Shown here: piece by piece, positions 46,006 through 51,197 of the stretch
Layout of the letters: every line of letters begins with the position of its first letter
How positions within the stretch are numbered: position 1 is the stretch's first letter
NCBI GenBank assembly: GCA_016210325.1
Contig: JACQUK010000134.1
Coordinates: 1-51,197, forward strand
Direction: 5' to 3'
Source of the DNA: Chloroflexota bacterium
GTDB taxonomy: Bacteria > Chloroflexota > Dehalococcoidia > Lucifugimonadales > HRBIN23
DNA length: 51,197 bases
Notes under the pieces: model-generated
The model's database searches: none
What the model saw: the letters and a program-made list of their open reading frames with translations, nothing else
Told to the model about the DNA's origin: nothing
Position numbers and translations under genes: made by a program

Positions 46006-46085
46006 GGGTAGGTCGTCCCGACGGGTCGGGATAACCCGACCGTCGTGATCGGGCAGGTTGGTCCCGACGTGTCGGGGTGCCCCAC
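46006..46085. repeat. Cluster of three short CCCGAC-N-TCGGG palindromes
   Basis: TCCCGACGGGTCGGGA, CCCGACCGTCGTGATCGGG, CCCGACGTGTCGGG. Confidence 0.7.
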
Positions 46086-46202
46086 GAGAGTCAATTGGTA
46101 GTTTCGTGTTAGTTTCGGGCACTTTCGGCCGGTTGCCCCAATGCACCAGGGCCGCTCACGCACCGTTTGGGTGCTGCTGATGGATAGACGGGGAGAGCGT
46201 CG

Positions 46203-49817
<3,615 letters not shown>

Positions 49818-49884
49818 GAGCACACCCACGAGCGCAGGACAACACACCAAAGGCTAGTCCCGCACGACTAGCCCTCCGACTTCC

Positions 49885-49913
49885 AGTATAGCACCTGTCT
49901 CGGAGCGTGACAA
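49885..49913 (-). promoter_or_regulatory. Sigma70-type promoter of mfd
   Basis: Minus strand TTGTCA-17 nt-TATACT. Confidence 0.75.
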
Positions 49914-49932
49914 ACGCCCGGCTGCATCGGGT

Positions 49933-50067
49933 CTTCGTCCTGAACGGGGACGGTGTTGAGGACGAGGGTGACCTGGGAGCGCAGACGCCGCGTCTGCACG
50001 GCGAGGGGACGAGCAGGCCAGGGGTCTGCCCTCCCAGGATACGGCGCCTTCCCCCTAAAGGACGAAG
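49933..50067. other. ~135-nt extended imperfect hairpin between divergent promoters
   Basis: CTTCGTCCT/AGGACGAAG, GGGGACGGTGTTG/CGGCGCCTTCCCC, CCTGGGAG/CTCCCAGG, GCAGAC/GTCTGC nested stems. Confidence 0.6.
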
Positions 50068-50086
50068 CGCCCCCGCTTCCGGCCTC

Positions 50087-50115
50087 TTGAACCGGACGTG
50101 CCGATACGCTACACT
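50087..50115 (+). promoter_or_regulatory. Sigma70-type promoter of leuC
   Basis: TTGAAC-17 nt-TACACT. Confidence 0.65.
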
Positions 50116-50240
50116 GCGACATGCGGGCAGGTGCAGCGCGCCGTCTGCGGCGCTTCGTCCTGCGGTGCCAGCCACCAGCGAGAGAACTCCGCCAGAAGTC
50201 AGCACCGGCCGCGGGCCGCGTGCGTAGAGTGAGGACGACG

Positions 50241-51197
50241 ATGCCCCCAAAGACGATGTTCGAGAAGATCTGGGACGCCCACGTGGTCCACGAGGAGCCG
50301 GGCAAGCCGGCCCTCCTGTACATCGACCTGCACCTGGTCCACGAAGTGACCTCGCCGCAGGCCTTCGAGGGGCTGCGGCTGGCGGGCCGCAAGGTGCGGC
50401 GTCCGGATTTGACGATTGCCACGGCGGACCACAACGTTCCCACCTGGGACCGCGCTCGGCCCATCACCGACGAGATCGCCAAACAGCAGCTGGACACCAT
50501 GGCCCAGAATGCCAGGGAGTTCGGGATCACCTACTACGACATGTTCAGCCCCGACCAGGGCATCGTCCACGTCATCGGCCCACAGTTGGGCTACACCCAG
50601 CCGGGCAAGACCATCGTCTGCGGCGACAGCCACACCTCCACCCACGGAGCCTTCGGGGCCCTGGCCTTCGGCATCGGCACCTCCGAGGTGGAGCACGTGC
50701 TGGCGACCCAGTGCCTGCTCCAGGCCAAGCCCAGGACCATGGAGATCCGGGTCAACGGCCAGTTGCCCACCGGGGTGACGGCCAAGGACATCATCCTGGG
50801 CATCATCGGGAAGATCGGGGTGGACGGCGCGGTGGGCCACGTCATCGAGTACACCGGCGAGGCCATCCGCTCCCTCTCCATGGAGGGACGCATGACCGTC
50901 TGCAACATGTCCATCGAGGCGGGCGCCCGCGCCGGGATGATCGCCCCCGACGAGAAGACCTTTGCCTACCTCAAGGGACGCCGCTACGCCGCCCAGGGCG
51001 CGGACTTCGAGCGGGCCGTGGCGGAGTGGCGCACGCTGCCCACGGACCCCGGCGCCACCTATGACCGCCTCGTGGAGATCGACGCCGCCGCCCTGGAGCC
51101 CCATGTCTCCTGGGGGACCAACCCCGGCATGGTGCAGCCCATCAGCGGACGGGTACCCGACCCGGCAGCGTTCACCGCGGCCGCCGACCGTGCCGCC
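50241..51197 (+). CDS. leuC: 3-isopropylmalate dehydratase large subunit (runs off window)
   Basis: [16 protein letters not shown]...[20 protein letters not shown]...TADHNVPT...[13 protein letters not shown]...[12 protein letters not shown]. Confidence 0.97.
   Translation, partial: MPPKTMFEKIWDAHVVHEEPGKPALLYIDLHLVHEVTSPQAFEGLRLAGRKVRRPDLTIATADHNVPTWDRARPITDEIAKQQLDTMAQNAREFGITYYDMFSPDQGIVHVIGPQLGYTQPGKTIVCGDSHTSTHGAFGALAFGIGTSEVEHVLATQCLLQAKPRTMEIRVNGQLPTGVTAKDIILGIIGKIGVDGAVGHVIEYTGEAIRSLSMEGRMTVCNMSIEAGARAGMIAPDEKTFAYLKGRRYAAQGADFERAVAEWRTLPTDPGATYDRLVEIDAAALEPHVSWGTNPGMVQPISGRVPDPAAFTAAADRAA

Noticed and set aside
49933-50067. Firm 6S RNA (ssrS) call
   Set aside because: Shorter than a typical 6S RNA and the central bubble is very asymmetric; kept only as an unnamed structure.

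Overview
High-GC bacterial chromosomal window. Gene content (F420-type LLM enzyme, TrpB2, DUF763, MEMO-like, MutS2, DUF2851) suggests Chloroflexota/Dehalococcoidia; that taxonomy is inference only. Housekeeping genes (DUF1998 helicase, ggt, trpB2, mutS2, acyP, mfd, leuC) are interrupted by small accessory inserts: an IS110 end, hicB plus truncated hicA, a HEPN-motif gene, a pentapeptide/channel gene, and AbrB-PIN plus a Type IIG R-M gene. Several families of REP/MITE-like palindromes occur, including nested ones and one apparently in frame inside mfd. The standout is a ~15 kb co-directional cluster (15291-30517). It has a sigma70 promoter, a long leader ending in a guanidine-III (ykkC-III)-like pseudoknot next to the RBS, a Dpp/Opp-type binding protein with two permeases, seven ureohydrolase-fold paralogs (three with intact metal sites, four apparent pseudoenzymes), two PLP aminotransferases and a GGT-like hydrolase lacking the gamma-glutamyl-binding residues. 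It looks like an uptake and catabolic system for an unknown guanidino/amidino compound, possibly using heteromeric ureohydrolases. All calls come from reading motifs by eye; no searches were run.
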